Assembly (NCBI GenBank): GCA_016213645.1
Contig: JACQZY010000019.1
Coordinates: forward strand, 4,125 to 68,124
Length of the DNA stretch: 64,000 nt
Source: Actinomycetota bacterium
GTDB lineage: Bacteria; Actinomycetota; Thermoleophilia; Solirubrobacterales; JACPNS01
Direction: 5' to 3'
Below, in pieces: positions 37,100 through 45,210 of the stretch (within the stretch, counting starts at the first letter, position 1; the number at the start of each line of letters is the position of its first letter). A program made the translations under genes and the position numbers. The notes under the pieces are model-generated. The model was not told where the DNA came from, did not search any database, and worked only from the letters and a program-made list of their open reading frames with translations.

Positions 37100-39268
37100 A
37101 TGCAAGATTTGTTGCAGCGCCGCCGGTTCGCGATCATTCTCGCGGCGCTCGCAGCGGCCATTTGCGCGCTTGTCTTCTCCGCCGGAGCTTCCGCCGCAGC
37201 CTGGGAACCGTGCGCGGACCCAATCGACGACGTGCAATGCGCGCGCTTCACGTTGCCCGCCGATCGCACCGGCGCCGTCGCCGGAGAAACTCACGTGCAG
37301 GTCTACAAGGCCGGCGCCACCGAGGGCCCGCGGCTCGGCACGCTGGTTGTGATCGCCGGAGGTCCCGGTCAGTCGTCGCTGATGATGATCGACTACATGC
37401 TTCAGCTCTTCCCGGGCGCCAATCGCTACGACCTGCTGGCGATCGACCAGCGAGGTACGGGGCTTTCCGAGCCGCTCAACTGTTCTCTGATCGAGCGCGG
37501 AATCGCGGTCGGCGGGTCCGACCCCGCGAAGGACTGGCCGGTTACGCAGTGCGCCGACGCGCTGGGCGCGGCGCGCGCCGGCTACGACACCGCGGAATCC
37601 GTCGCCGACATAGAGGCCGTACGCGCGGATCTCGGCGTGGACAAGATCTCTCTGTTCGGCGTCTCCTACGGCTCTAAGCTCGCGTTGTCTTACGCCAAGA
37701 CCCATCCCGACCGCGTGCGCTCCATGCTCTTGGACTCGGTCCTTCCGGTCGAGCAGCCCGCCACCTTCGACACAGACGCGATCGCCGCGATGCGAGGTGC
37801 CTTGGACACGCTTTGCGCCGACGGTCACTGCCGCGGCGTACTGTCGTCGCCGCAGTCGAAACTGCGCCGGGCGATTGAAATTCTGGAGAGCGAACCGCTG
37901 ACGGGATTCCTGGAAAACGGTACCGACGGAAAGCCGACGAAGATCGTGATCGGTCCAGCAGAGATGTTCGAGCTGATGTTCGCCGCGGACTTCAACCTTT
38001 ACATCTACGAGCAGCTCCCGGCCGCGATCGACGCGCTGGTGCGCGGCGAGGACGCCGCACTCTTGCGCCTGTTCGCCGTGTTGAACGCGGGCGATCAGTC
38101 AAGCGGCGCGCGCGTTCACCGCGAGGCGCCGGCCGTCCGGCGCGGTTGGACCAGCCCCGAGGGCAAGCGCACCCAGCGAGCCAAGCGGCTCGCGATCCAG
38201 CGCGGCCAGATCAAGCGTCTGCCCAGCGACGTCTCCGAGTTCAGCAACACGCTTCTGATCGCCACAAGCTGCGAGGACCTCTCCCCGCCGTGGCCGCGCG
38301 GCGCGGCGCTGGACGCCCGTCAGGCGGCAATCGACGCCGCGGCCAACGCGCTGCCCGACAGTGTCTTCTCGCCCTTCAGTCGTGACACCGTGAAAGCGGA
38401 GTCACTTGCCGCTACGTGCCGCGGCTGGCGCGAATCTTCGGACACGCCCGTATTGCCGGCGGGTCCGGCACCGGCGGTGCCGACGCTCGCGTTGGACGGC
38501 TCGCTTGACGTGCGTACTCCCGTCAAATGGGCCAGGCAGTCGATTGAAGGCAACCCGCAAGGTCAGCTGGCCGAAGTACCGTTCACCGGCCATTCCACGA
38601 TCGGCACCGACGCCAGCGGCTGCGCGCTTTCACTGGCCAAGCGCTTCTTGATTTTCTCCGCGACCGACGGCAAGTGCAAGCACGATCCGCCCCGGCTGCC
38701 CGTCGCCGGGCGGGCGCTCGCGACGGTAAACCAGGTAAAGGCTCTGCGCGGCAAATGCCGTGGATTGCGCGGACACCGCTGCACCGGCGCCAAGCGCGCG
38801 GTCACGGCCGGTTACCAGGCATTCCGTGACGCGCTCGACCAGTACGTGATCGGCAACATGGAAAACGGCCCCGGCCTTTACAGCGGCGGTTGGGAGCTGT
38901 CGTTCGACATCGACGCCGCCGACCTGCTCGGCCTAGATTCGCCGTCTGCAATTTCACTCGAAGCGATGGAACAGGTTCCCGGCGTGATCGCCGACGGCAG
39001 AGTCGACGTCACCAACTATCCGAAGGTCAGCGGTGAGATTACGGTCTTCACGCCGTCCGGCCGCGAGTACCGCGTCAGCGTCTCCGGCCGCGTGGCCTAC
39101 GACTCGGCGGGCGACAAGATCCGGCTAAACGCCCGCGCTCGCCACGTTCGCATCAATCTCACGCGCGGCGAGGGACGCTCGTCGTCGTGGAGCGGCATCA
39201 GCGCATCGACTTTGCGCGCGCGAGTCGCCTACGCGCGAGCAGCCGGCACACGACAGCGCGTGCGCTGA
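37100..39268 (+). CDS. secreted alpha/beta hydrolase (tripeptidyl/prolyl aminopeptidase-like, S33) with a long C-terminal extension
   Basis: Signal peptide (FAIILAALAAAICALVFSAGASAAA). VVIAGGPGQSS. DLLAIDQRGTGLSEP. Nucleophile elbow GVSYGS. Confidence 0.75.
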   Translation: MQDLLQRRRFAIILAALAAAICALVFSAGASAAAWEPCADPIDDVQCARFTLPADRTGAVAGETHVQVYKAGATEGPRLGTLVVIAGGPGQSSLMMIDYMLQLFPGANRYDLLAIDQRGTGLSEPLNCSLIERGIAVGGSDPAKDWPVTQCADALGAARAGYDTAESVADIEAVRADLGVDKISLFGVSYGSKLALSYAKTHPDRVRSMLLDSVLPVEQPATFDTDAIAAMRGALDTLCADGHCRGVLSSPQSKLRRAIEILESEPLTGFLENGTDGKPTKIVIGPAEMFELMFAADFNLYIYEQLPAAIDALVRGEDAALLRLFAVLNAGDQSSGARVHREAPAVRRGWTSPEGKRTQRAKRLAIQRGQIKRLPSDVSEFSNTLLIATSCEDLSPPWPRGAALDARQAAIDAAANALPDSVFSPFSRDTVKAESLAATCRGWRESSDTPVLPAGPAPAVPTLALDGSLDVRTPVKWARQSIEGNPQGQLAEVPFTGHSTIGTDASGCALSLAKRFLIFSATDGKCKHDPPRLPVAGRALATVNQVKALRGKCRGLRGHRCTGAKRAVTAGYQAFRDALDQYVIGNMENGPGLYSGGWELSFDIDAADLLGLDSPSAISLEAMEQVPGVIADGRVDVTNYPKVSGEITVFTPSGREYRVSVSGRVAYDSAGDKIRLNARARHVRINLTRGEGRSSSWSGISASTLRARVAYARAAGTRQRVR

Positions 39269-39278
39269 GCGTCCTTCG

Positions 39279-40277
39279 TTACCAGAACAGCGTCGACTCA
39301 AGTGAGCCGTCGGCTTCAAGTTCTTCGATCGTCTTCGTGTAGACGCCGGAGCTGAGGTACTTCCAGCCGTCGTCCGCGACGACGAAGACCACGTTGCCCT
39401 CGTCGATCTTCTCGGCGGCGCGCACGGCAATCGCGCAGATCGCGCCACTGGAGACACCTGCGAAGACGCCCTCCTCGTCAAGCAGCTTCTTTGTCCACAC
39501 CACAGCGTCGCGGTTTGACACGACGATCTTGCGGTCCAACAGCGAGAGATCGATGATCGGCGGGATGAACCCGTCGTCGAGCGAACGCAGTCCCTGTACC
39601 AACTCGCCCTGCAAAGGCTCGGCAGCGACGATCTGCGTGGTGGGGTCGTACTCCTTGAAGTAGCGGGCGCAGCCCATCAGCGTGCCGCCGGTGCCCAGGC
39701 CGGCCACAAACGCGGCCACGCTGCCCAGCTCCTCGGTGATCTCCGGCGCTGTGCCGGTGTAGTGAGCGAGCGGGTTTGCCGGGTTGCCGTACTGGTAGGG
39801 CATGTAGTAGGACGGATCTTTGTCGGCCATGTCCAGCGCCATCTCAACGGCGCCGTTGGAACCCTTCGCGCCTTCGCTGTAGACGATCTCGGCGCCATAC
39901 ATGCGCAGCAGCTGAGTGCGCTCCTCGGTGACGTTGTCGGGCATCACGACCTTCAGCTTGTAGCCCTTGCGGCGGCAGATCATCGCCATCGCGATGCCGG
40001 TGTTGCCGGAGGTCGGCTCGAAGATCGTGCCACCGGGCGAGATCGCGCCCTTGGCCTCTGCGTCCTCGATCAGCGACCGCGCGACGCGGTCTTTCACCGA
40101 ACCGGTCGGGTTGTAGGACTCAAGCTTGGCGTAAAGCCGCACGCCCGGCTTGGGCGAAAGTCGCGGCAATTCGACCAGCGGGGTATGGCCGATCGACTCG
40201 ACGATGTCGTGGTAAGTACCGCCGGTAATGATCTGGCGGCGCTGTTCAAGCCGTTGTCTGAGTTCGACCGGACCCAT
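39279..40277 (-). CDS. cysM: CysM-type cysteine synthase (PLP-dependent; presumed CysO-thiocarboxylate dependent)
   Basis: PLVELPRLSP...LYAKLESYNPTGSVKDR (PLP lysine), SGNTGIA, GTGGT. Clustered with mec, cysO and moeZ. ATG 40277 preferred. Confidence 0.85.
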   Translation of the reverse strand: MGPVELRQRLEQRRQIITGGTYHDIVESIGHTPLVELPRLSPKPGVRLYAKLESYNPTGSVKDRVARSLIEDAEAKGAISPGGTIFEPTSGNTGIAMAMICRRKGYKLKVVMPDNVTEERTQLLRMYGAEIVYSEGAKGSNGAVEMALDMADKDPSYYMPYQYGNPANPLAHYTGTAPEITEELGSVAAFVAGLGTGGTLMGCARYFKEYDPTTQIVAAEPLQGELVQGLRSLDDGFIPPIIDLSLLDRKIVVSNRDAVVWTKKLLDEEGVFAGVSSGAICAIAVRAAEKIDEGNVVFVVADDGWKYLSSGVYTKTIEELEADGSLESTLFW

Positions 40278-40287
40278 TACTTCAAAA

Positions 40288-40293
40288 ACTATA
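40288..40293 (-). promoter_or_regulatory. TATAGT -10-like hexamer 10 nt upstream of the cysM ATG
   Basis: The minus strand reads TATAGTttttgaagtaATG. AT-rich divergent intergenic region. Confidence 0.3.
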
Positions 40294-40429
40294 GTCCCTA
40301 ATCTCCGATAGCACAATCGGTAATTTGCAAATCGCTCTTCAATTTACCCGCTGACGGGCGATCCATGTCGAACATTCGGCCGCCGCCTGTAAAAGCTGCG
40401 GTAGCCTCGCCACCCGACCCTGAAGGCAG

Positions 40430-40828
40430 ATGAAGTTCACCCAGTCACAAATCGACGAGTTGGTTCAGCACGCGCGCGACGACTTGCCCAACGAATGTTG
40501 CGGCGTAATCGGTTCGCGCGACGGCACGGTCGAGTCCGTTTATCGCGCCGTCAACGGCGCCGCAAGTCCGCTGCGCTACGAGCTGGAATCCCGCGACCTG
40601 CTGCGAATCTTCAACGCGATCGACGACGCCGATCAGCAGGTCGGCGCGATCTACCACTCGCACACGCGCAGCGCCGCGTATCCGTCGCAGACCGACATCA
40701 ACCTCGCCCTCTACCCCGACGCCCTCTACATCATCGTCTCACTCGCCGACGCCGACGCGCCGGATGTGAAGGCGTTTTCGATCGTCGACCGCAAGGTCAG
40801 CGAAGTTCCGCTGGAAGTCACCGGCTGA
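40430..40828 (+). CDS. mec: Mec-like JAMM/MPN+ metalloprotease (CysO-cysteine peptidase)
   Basis: NECCGVIG (the catalytic Glu region) and IYHSHTRSAAYPSQTD (the H-x-H-x7-S-x2-D JAMM motif). Confidence 0.85.
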   Translation: MKFTQSQIDELVQHARDDLPNECCGVIGSRDGTVESVYRAVNGAASPLRYELESRDLLRIFNAIDDADQQVGAIYHSHTRSAAYPSQTDINLALYPDALYIIVSLADADAPDVKAFSIVDRKVSEVPLEVTG

Positions 40829-40846
40829 TGACGCGGTAGCAACCGG

Positions 40847-40920
40847 TCGGCGGCCGATGGCGACCTTGCCGCTCGGCGGCCGATGGCGACCTTGCCGCTC
40901 GCCGATCGCAGGCGATCGCC
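40847..40920. repeat. 26-nt tandem direct repeat (2 exact copies plus a degenerate third) ending in a GGCGATCGCC palindrome
   Basis: tcggcggccgatggcgaccttgccgc occurs at 40847-40872 and again at 40873-40898, followed by tcgccgatcgcaggcgatcgcc. Intergenic. Confidence 0.75.
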
Positions 40921-41041
40921 CATCGTTCGCATGTAGTTGCCCGCCACTTCCCTCCCCACCCGCCGGCGACCTTAAAATCAACCCCGGTCACCCGTCCAAA
41001 TCCCGCGATCGGCGTGCCGCGAACGCCTTCGGACCGGTAGA

Positions 41042-41524
41042 GTGAGAAAAGCGATGGATTCCGAGACGTTCGACACGTGCCCGTTCTGCGGCAGCGAGTT
41101 CGAGCTCGGCGCGGCCGCCTGCCCCGAATGCGATTTGCCGTTGCTGCGGGCCGAACCGGCGCATGTAGGCGCGCTCGCGATCGGGCGATCCGCTCGCCAC
41201 GAATTCGCGACCGGCGACCTACGTTGCGTGACCGTCGCAGCCAACCAGGCGGAGGCCGACATGCTCGAAGGCCTCTTGCGCTCGGAAGGTATCCCCTGTG
41301 TGGTGCGACGCAGCTTCGGCGCCGACGTACCGGACTTTCTGGCCGCCGGGCGTCGCGACATTCTCGTGCCCGAAGGCGGCCTGGCCGCCGCGCGCAGCCT
41401 GCTTCAGCTTCCTCCCGCCACACGCGAGACATCGGCGCCATCGCCGCTGGCGCTGGGCCTGGCCGTACTCGCGGGCCTGTTGTTTCTGGCCGTCTGCGTG
41501 GCGGTAATCATGTTGCTGGCGTAG
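41042..41524 (+). CDS. zinc-ribbon / DUF2007-like protein with a C-terminal TM anchor
   Basis: CPFCGSEF...CPECDLPL (a 4-Cys ribbon). The central VTVAANQAEADMLEGLLRSEGIPCVVR resembles the DUF2007 fold. C-terminal LALGLAVLAGLLFLAVCVAVIMLLA. Confidence 0.5.
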   Translation: MRKAMDSETFDTCPFCGSEFELGAAACPECDLPLLRAEPAHVGALAIGRSARHEFATGDLRCVTVAANQAEADMLEGLLRSEGIPCVVRRSFGADVPDFLAAGRRDILVPEGGLAAARSLLQLPPATRETSAPSPLALGLAVLAGLLFLAVCVAVIMLLA

Positions 41525-41618
41525 CCCGCGGCTCGGATCGTTCCGTCGTCGCAACCGCAGCGGCGCCGCGAGTGCGACCGGCAGTGTGAAAACCGATGTC
41601 AGCCGAGATCTTCGGGGG

Positions 41619-41897
41619 TCAGGCTGCGCCGCCGGCCATCGCCGGCAAAATCATCACGGTGTCGGCGTCTTCGACCGCGGTGTCGAGGCCTTCGAGCACA
41701 CGAACGTCCTCGTCGTTGAGATACACATTCACGTAGCGGTTGAGACCGCCGTCGGGGCCGAAAAGCTGCCGTTCGGTGTCCGGGTGATTCTCGGCCACGC
41801 TGCGCAGGACGTCGCCGACGGTGTTGCCGTCGGCGCTGACTTCTTTGTCTCCGCCGGTGGCGGAACGAAGCACTGGTGGGATCTTCACGACTGCCAT
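41619..41897 (-). CDS. cysO: CysO-like MoaD/ThiS-family sulfur carrier protein with a GG-AA C-terminus
   Basis: 92 aa. MAVVKIPPVLRSATGG...YVNVYLNDEDVR...TVMILPAMAGGAA. Beta-grasp sulfur-carrier pattern. Directly downstream of the E1-like gene. Confidence 0.85.
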   Translation of the reverse strand: MAVVKIPPVLRSATGGDKEVSADGNTVGDVLRSVAENHPDTERQLFGPDGGLNRYVNVYLNDEDVRVLEGLDTAVEDADTVMILPAMAGGAA

Positions 41898-41947
41898 GAG
41901 GCGGGCATCCTATACGGTCGGCGCGGCGGCGTGGGCGATCAGCCGCG

Positions 41948-43141
41948 TCACACAGTGACGCCGGTGCAGAACGCCTCGTAATCCGGGAACTTGCCCATCT
42001 CGTCGTCGGAGATCGATCCCGGCTCGCGTGAGCAGATCGGGCATTCCGGATCGCGGCGGATATTGAGGTTGGTGAACTCCTCCGCCAATGCGTCGTAAAG
42101 CATCAGGCGCCCGATCAGCGGCTCGCCGATGCCCAACAGCAACTTGATCACCTCGGTTGCCTGCAACAGTCCCATCGTGCCCGGAAGTACGCCCAGCACA
42201 CCGTTTTCGCCGCAGCTCGGCGCGAGTTCGGGTGGCGGCGGCACCGGGTAAAGACAGCGGTAGCACGGCCCGTCAAACGGCTTGAACACCGTCAGCTGGC
42301 CGTCAAAGGCAAGGATCGACGCGGAAACCACGGGAATGCCCAGGCGTACCGACGCGTCATTGAGCAGGTAGCGCGTGGGGAAGTTGTCTACGCCGTCCAC
42401 GACCACGTCGTAGTCCTTGATGATCTCCATGATGTTGTCGGCGTTGATACGCGTGGGATAGGTGATCACGTCGACATCGGGGTTGAGCTTCTGGATCGTC
42501 TGCTTGGCGGACTCCACCTTTGGCACGCCAATGCGCTCGGTGTCGTGGATCACCTGGCGCTGCAAGTTCGACGCATCCACAACATCGTCATCGACGATCC
42601 CCAGCGTGCCCACGCCGGCGGCGGCCAGATACAGCCCAACCGGAGCGCCCAGGCCACCCGCGCCGAGCATCAGGACCTTGCTCTCAAGCAGGCGCTGCTG
42701 GCCGCCGGGGCCAACTTCGGGCAGCAGCATGTGGCGCGAATAGCGGATGCGCTGCGCGTCGCTGAACTGAAACGGGATCGTGATCGGCAGCTGGCGCTGC
42801 TTCCAAAGCGTGATCCCTCCGGTCATGTTCTCGACGTGCATGTAGCCAAGCTCGTCGATCAGCGTCTTGGCGGCAATCGCGCTGCGGTTGCCACTCTGGC
42901 AATACAGGATTACACGGGAGTCGCGGTCGGGAATCGTGTTGAGAATGCGCTGTTCCAGGTAGCCGCGCGGCACGTGCACCGCGCCCGGAATGTGCGACTC
43001 GTCCCACTCCTGCTGCTCGCGCACGTCCACCACCACGGCGGACGGCTCGTCACTTTGCAGGATGTCCTGGACTTCCTGGGGGTCGACCTCGGGAATGCGT
43101 TCCTTGATTTTGCTGAGAAAGTCCTGGAAATTTGTTGCCAT
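41948..43141 (-). CDS. moeZ: MoeB/ThiF-type E1-like adenylyltransferase with an N-terminal rhodanese domain (MoeZ-like)
   Basis: Rhodanese domain at residues ~20-118 (VVDVREQQEWDESHIPGAVHVP...LYCQSGNRS). ThiF domain (RYSRHMLLPEVG...VLMLGAGGLGAPVGLYLAAAGVG...DASNLQRQ). Zn cysteines CYRC and CPIC. Confidence 0.85.
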   Translation of the reverse strand: MATNFQDFLSKIKERIPEVDPQEVQDILQSDEPSAVVVDVREQQEWDESHIPGAVHVPRGYLEQRILNTIPDRDSRVILYCQSGNRSAIAAKTLIDELGYMHVENMTGGITLWKQRQLPITIPFQFSDAQRIRYSRHMLLPEVGPGGQQRLLESKVLMLGAGGLGAPVGLYLAAAGVGTLGIVDDDVVDASNLQRQVIHDTERIGVPKVESAKQTIQKLNPDVDVITYPTRINADNIMEIIKDYDVVVDGVDNFPTRYLLNDASVRLGIPVVSASILAFDGQLTVFKPFDGPCYRCLYPVPPPPELAPSCGENGVLGVLPGTMGLLQATEVIKLLLGIGEPLIGRLMLYDALAEEFTNLNIRRDPECPICSREPGSISDDEMGKFPDYEAFCTGVTV

Positions 43142-43290
43142 CTGGGCCGGGGTCTCCTCGGAATCGCTTGTGCTTGCACGCCGCGTGCGCGCGGCGGGCG
43201 AGATTTTGGCACGGTTTCGGCGGACAACCCGCCGCGCGGTGCGTTACTTCAAAAAGTATAGCGAGGGTCCACGGCCGTCTCCCCAAACGA

Positions 43291-43316
43291 AAGGGGCGTC
43301 ATCCTTGACGCCCCTT
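43291..43316 (-). terminator. perfect 11-bp stem / 4-nt loop hairpin; on the minus strand it is followed by TTTCGTTT (candidate terminator or attenuator in the moeZ leader)
   Basis: The plus strand reads aaggggcgtca-tcct-tgacgcccctt. The minus-strand downstream sequence is tcgtttgggg. About 150 nt upstream of the moeZ ATG. Confidence 0.4.
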
Positions 43317-43447
43317 GCCAGCCCCGTATTGCTCTAAAGAGCTTGCCGTTGAGGACATAAACAAGCTTCCTTGCAATTCCGATTATCGGTAGTCGTGATT
43401 TCGGCCGATATAGGGTCGGCACCCCATTTTTCCGCGTAATTTTCAGT

Positions 43448-44581
43448 ATGACTCCGCATCTCGCATCCACACGCGCCAAACTGCGCGATCCTTTGGCCAA
43501 ACGACTCGGCGGCGCGGCCGCCACGGTAACCGACGATCCGGAAATTCTCGACGGCTCGGATTTGCCTTCGGCTGACGGCAGGCAAGGCGGGGACGGAGAG
43601 CAACGAGCCGCGGGAGGACGGTCGATCGCCCGCTCCACGCTGCTGGCGCAGACGATGGCCGCAAACGCGCTGGCAATCGCCGCGCTCGTCTTCTTCGCGG
43701 TGCTTGTCCTCGACGTTCGCAGCGGATTTGGCACACGCCGTGCCGAACTGGTGTTGCTGCTGGTGGCAATCGCCGGGGCGCTGCTGCTGAACATGGTGAT
43801 CCTGCGTCGGCAGTTCGCGCCGCTCGAACTACTTGTTGAGACGATGGAGAAGATCGACCTCACCAGCCCCGGCGAACGAGCTGAGATGCCACGCGGCGCG
43901 ACCGACGACGTCGCCGACCTGATCGGCGCCTTCAACGAAATGATCGACCGCTTGGAGCAGGAGCGCCGCGACAAAACGGCCGCCGCCGTCGAGGCCCAGG
44001 AAAACGAGCGCGCCCGTGTGGCGCGCGATCTGCACGACGAAGCCAATCAGGCGCTGACCGCAGTGATTCTGCGACTTGAAGCCGCCTCCCAGTCGGCGCC
44101 ACCGGAACTTGCCGCCGAGATAAACGAGGCCAAGGCACTGGCCGGCCAGGCGATGGAGGAACTGCTTGAGGTCGTCAGACGGCTGCGCCCGACGATCCTG
44201 GATCTCGGACTGCGAAACGCGCTTTCGTCGCTGGTCAACGACTTCGGTGACCGCACCGGACTGGACGCGAGCTTCGAGTTCGTCGGCGACCCTCGCCGCC
44301 GACTCGGCAACGAACGCGAGCTGACGATCTACCGGGTCGTCCAGGAGGCGCTTTCGAACATCGTCCAGCATGCCGATGCCACTCGTGTGAACGTCCGTCT
44401 GTCCGTCGGCGATTCGGTCGATTTGGAAGTTGAGGACAACGGACGGGGCTTCAAGCCCGGCTCACCGACGCGCAGGTTCGGAATAACCGGTATGAAGGAA
44501 CGTGCACAACTTGTGAATGGCGAAATCGTGATTGAATCCACGCCCGGTCAGGGCACGACTTTGAGGATGGAACTGCCATGA
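43448..44581 (+). CDS. sensor histidine kinase (HisKA_3 / NarX-DesK type) with 2 TM and a HAMP-like linker
   Basis: H-box RARVARDLHDEANQAL. ATP-lid motifs QEALSNIVQHA, DNGRGF, GITGMKERA. Confidence 0.85.
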   Translation: MTPHLASTRAKLRDPLAKRLGGAAATVTDDPEILDGSDLPSADGRQGGDGEQRAAGGRSIARSTLLAQTMAANALAIAALVFFAVLVLDVRSGFGTRRAELVLLLVAIAGALLLNMVILRRQFAPLELLVETMEKIDLTSPGERAEMPRGATDDVADLIGAFNEMIDRLEQERRDKTAAAVEAQENERARVARDLHDEANQALTAVILRLEAASQSAPPELAAEINEAKALAGQAMEELLEVVRRLRPTILDLGLRNALSSLVNDFGDRTGLDASFEFVGDPRRRLGNERELTIYRVVQEALSNIVQHADATRVNVRLSVGDSVDLEVEDNGRGFKPGSPTRRFGITGMKERAQLVNGEIVIESTPGQGTTLRMELP

Positions 44582-45210
44582 AAGTTATGGTCGCCGACGA
44601 CCACGGAATCGTCCGCTCGGGTATCACCCTGTTACTGGAACGACAGCCGGACATCGACGTAATCGGCGAGGCCGGCGACGGCGCCGAAGCACTGCGATTT
44701 GCGATCGAACACAAACCCGACGTGGCGATTCTCGACAACTCGATGCCCAAGTTGACCGGCCTGCAGGCCGCCCGCGAAATCAAGCAGCAGGTACCCGAGG
44801 TCAACGTGCTGATCCTGTCGATGCACGATGACGAACGCTACCTGTACGAGGCCCTACGCGTGGGCGCCGGCGGTTACGTGCTGAAGCGCGCGGCCGACCA
44901 GGATCTTGTTCGCGCGGTGCGTGCGGTAAACGACGGCGAACCGTTTCTGACCGACGATGCGCAGCGCTCATTGGTGAAAGCCTGGATGGAAAGCGGCGAA
45001 GAGCCGCGCCGCGACAAGCTGACCGACCGCGAACTGGAGGTCGTGAAGCTGATCGCCGAGGCCCACACCAACAAGCAGATCGCCGAGATCCTCGGTCTGA
45101 GCGAGAAGACAGTGGAGTCCCACCGCTCGAACATCCTCAACAAACTGGGCATGAGCGACCGTGTGGAACTGGTCCGCTACGCCGTACGCCGAGGGTTGAT
45201 CGAGCCTTAG
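44578..45210 (+). CDS. NarL/LuxR-family response regulator
   Basis: Receiver (MKVMVADDH...VAILDNSMP...LSMH...) plus LuxR HTH (LTDRELEVVKLIAEAHTNKQIAEILGLSEKTVESHRSNILNKLG). ATGA overlap with the kinase gene. Confidence 0.9.
   Translation: MKVMVADDHGIVRSGITLLLERQPDIDVIGEAGDGAEALRFAIEHKPDVAILDNSMPKLTGLQAAREIKQQVPEVNVLILSMHDDERYLYEALRVGAGGYVLKRAADQDLVRAVRAVNDGEPFLTDDAQRSLVKAWMESGEEPRRDKLTDRELEVVKLIAEAHTNKQIAEILGLSEKTVESHRSNILNKLGMSDRVELVRYAVRRGLIEP

Noticed and set aside
40818-41441. 207-aa minus-strand ORF and the 62-aa plus ORF over the 26-nt tandem repeat
   Set aside because: Arg-rich and spanning the intergenic tandem repeat. The minus ORF is also antisense to the zinc-ribbon/DUF2007 gene. 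No coding signal.
43142-43447. SAM or other known riboswitch in the moeZ leader
   Set aside because: I could not recognise SAM-I or SAM-IV consensus elements by eye. Only the terminator-like hairpin is reported. A covariance-model scan is needed before naming any class.
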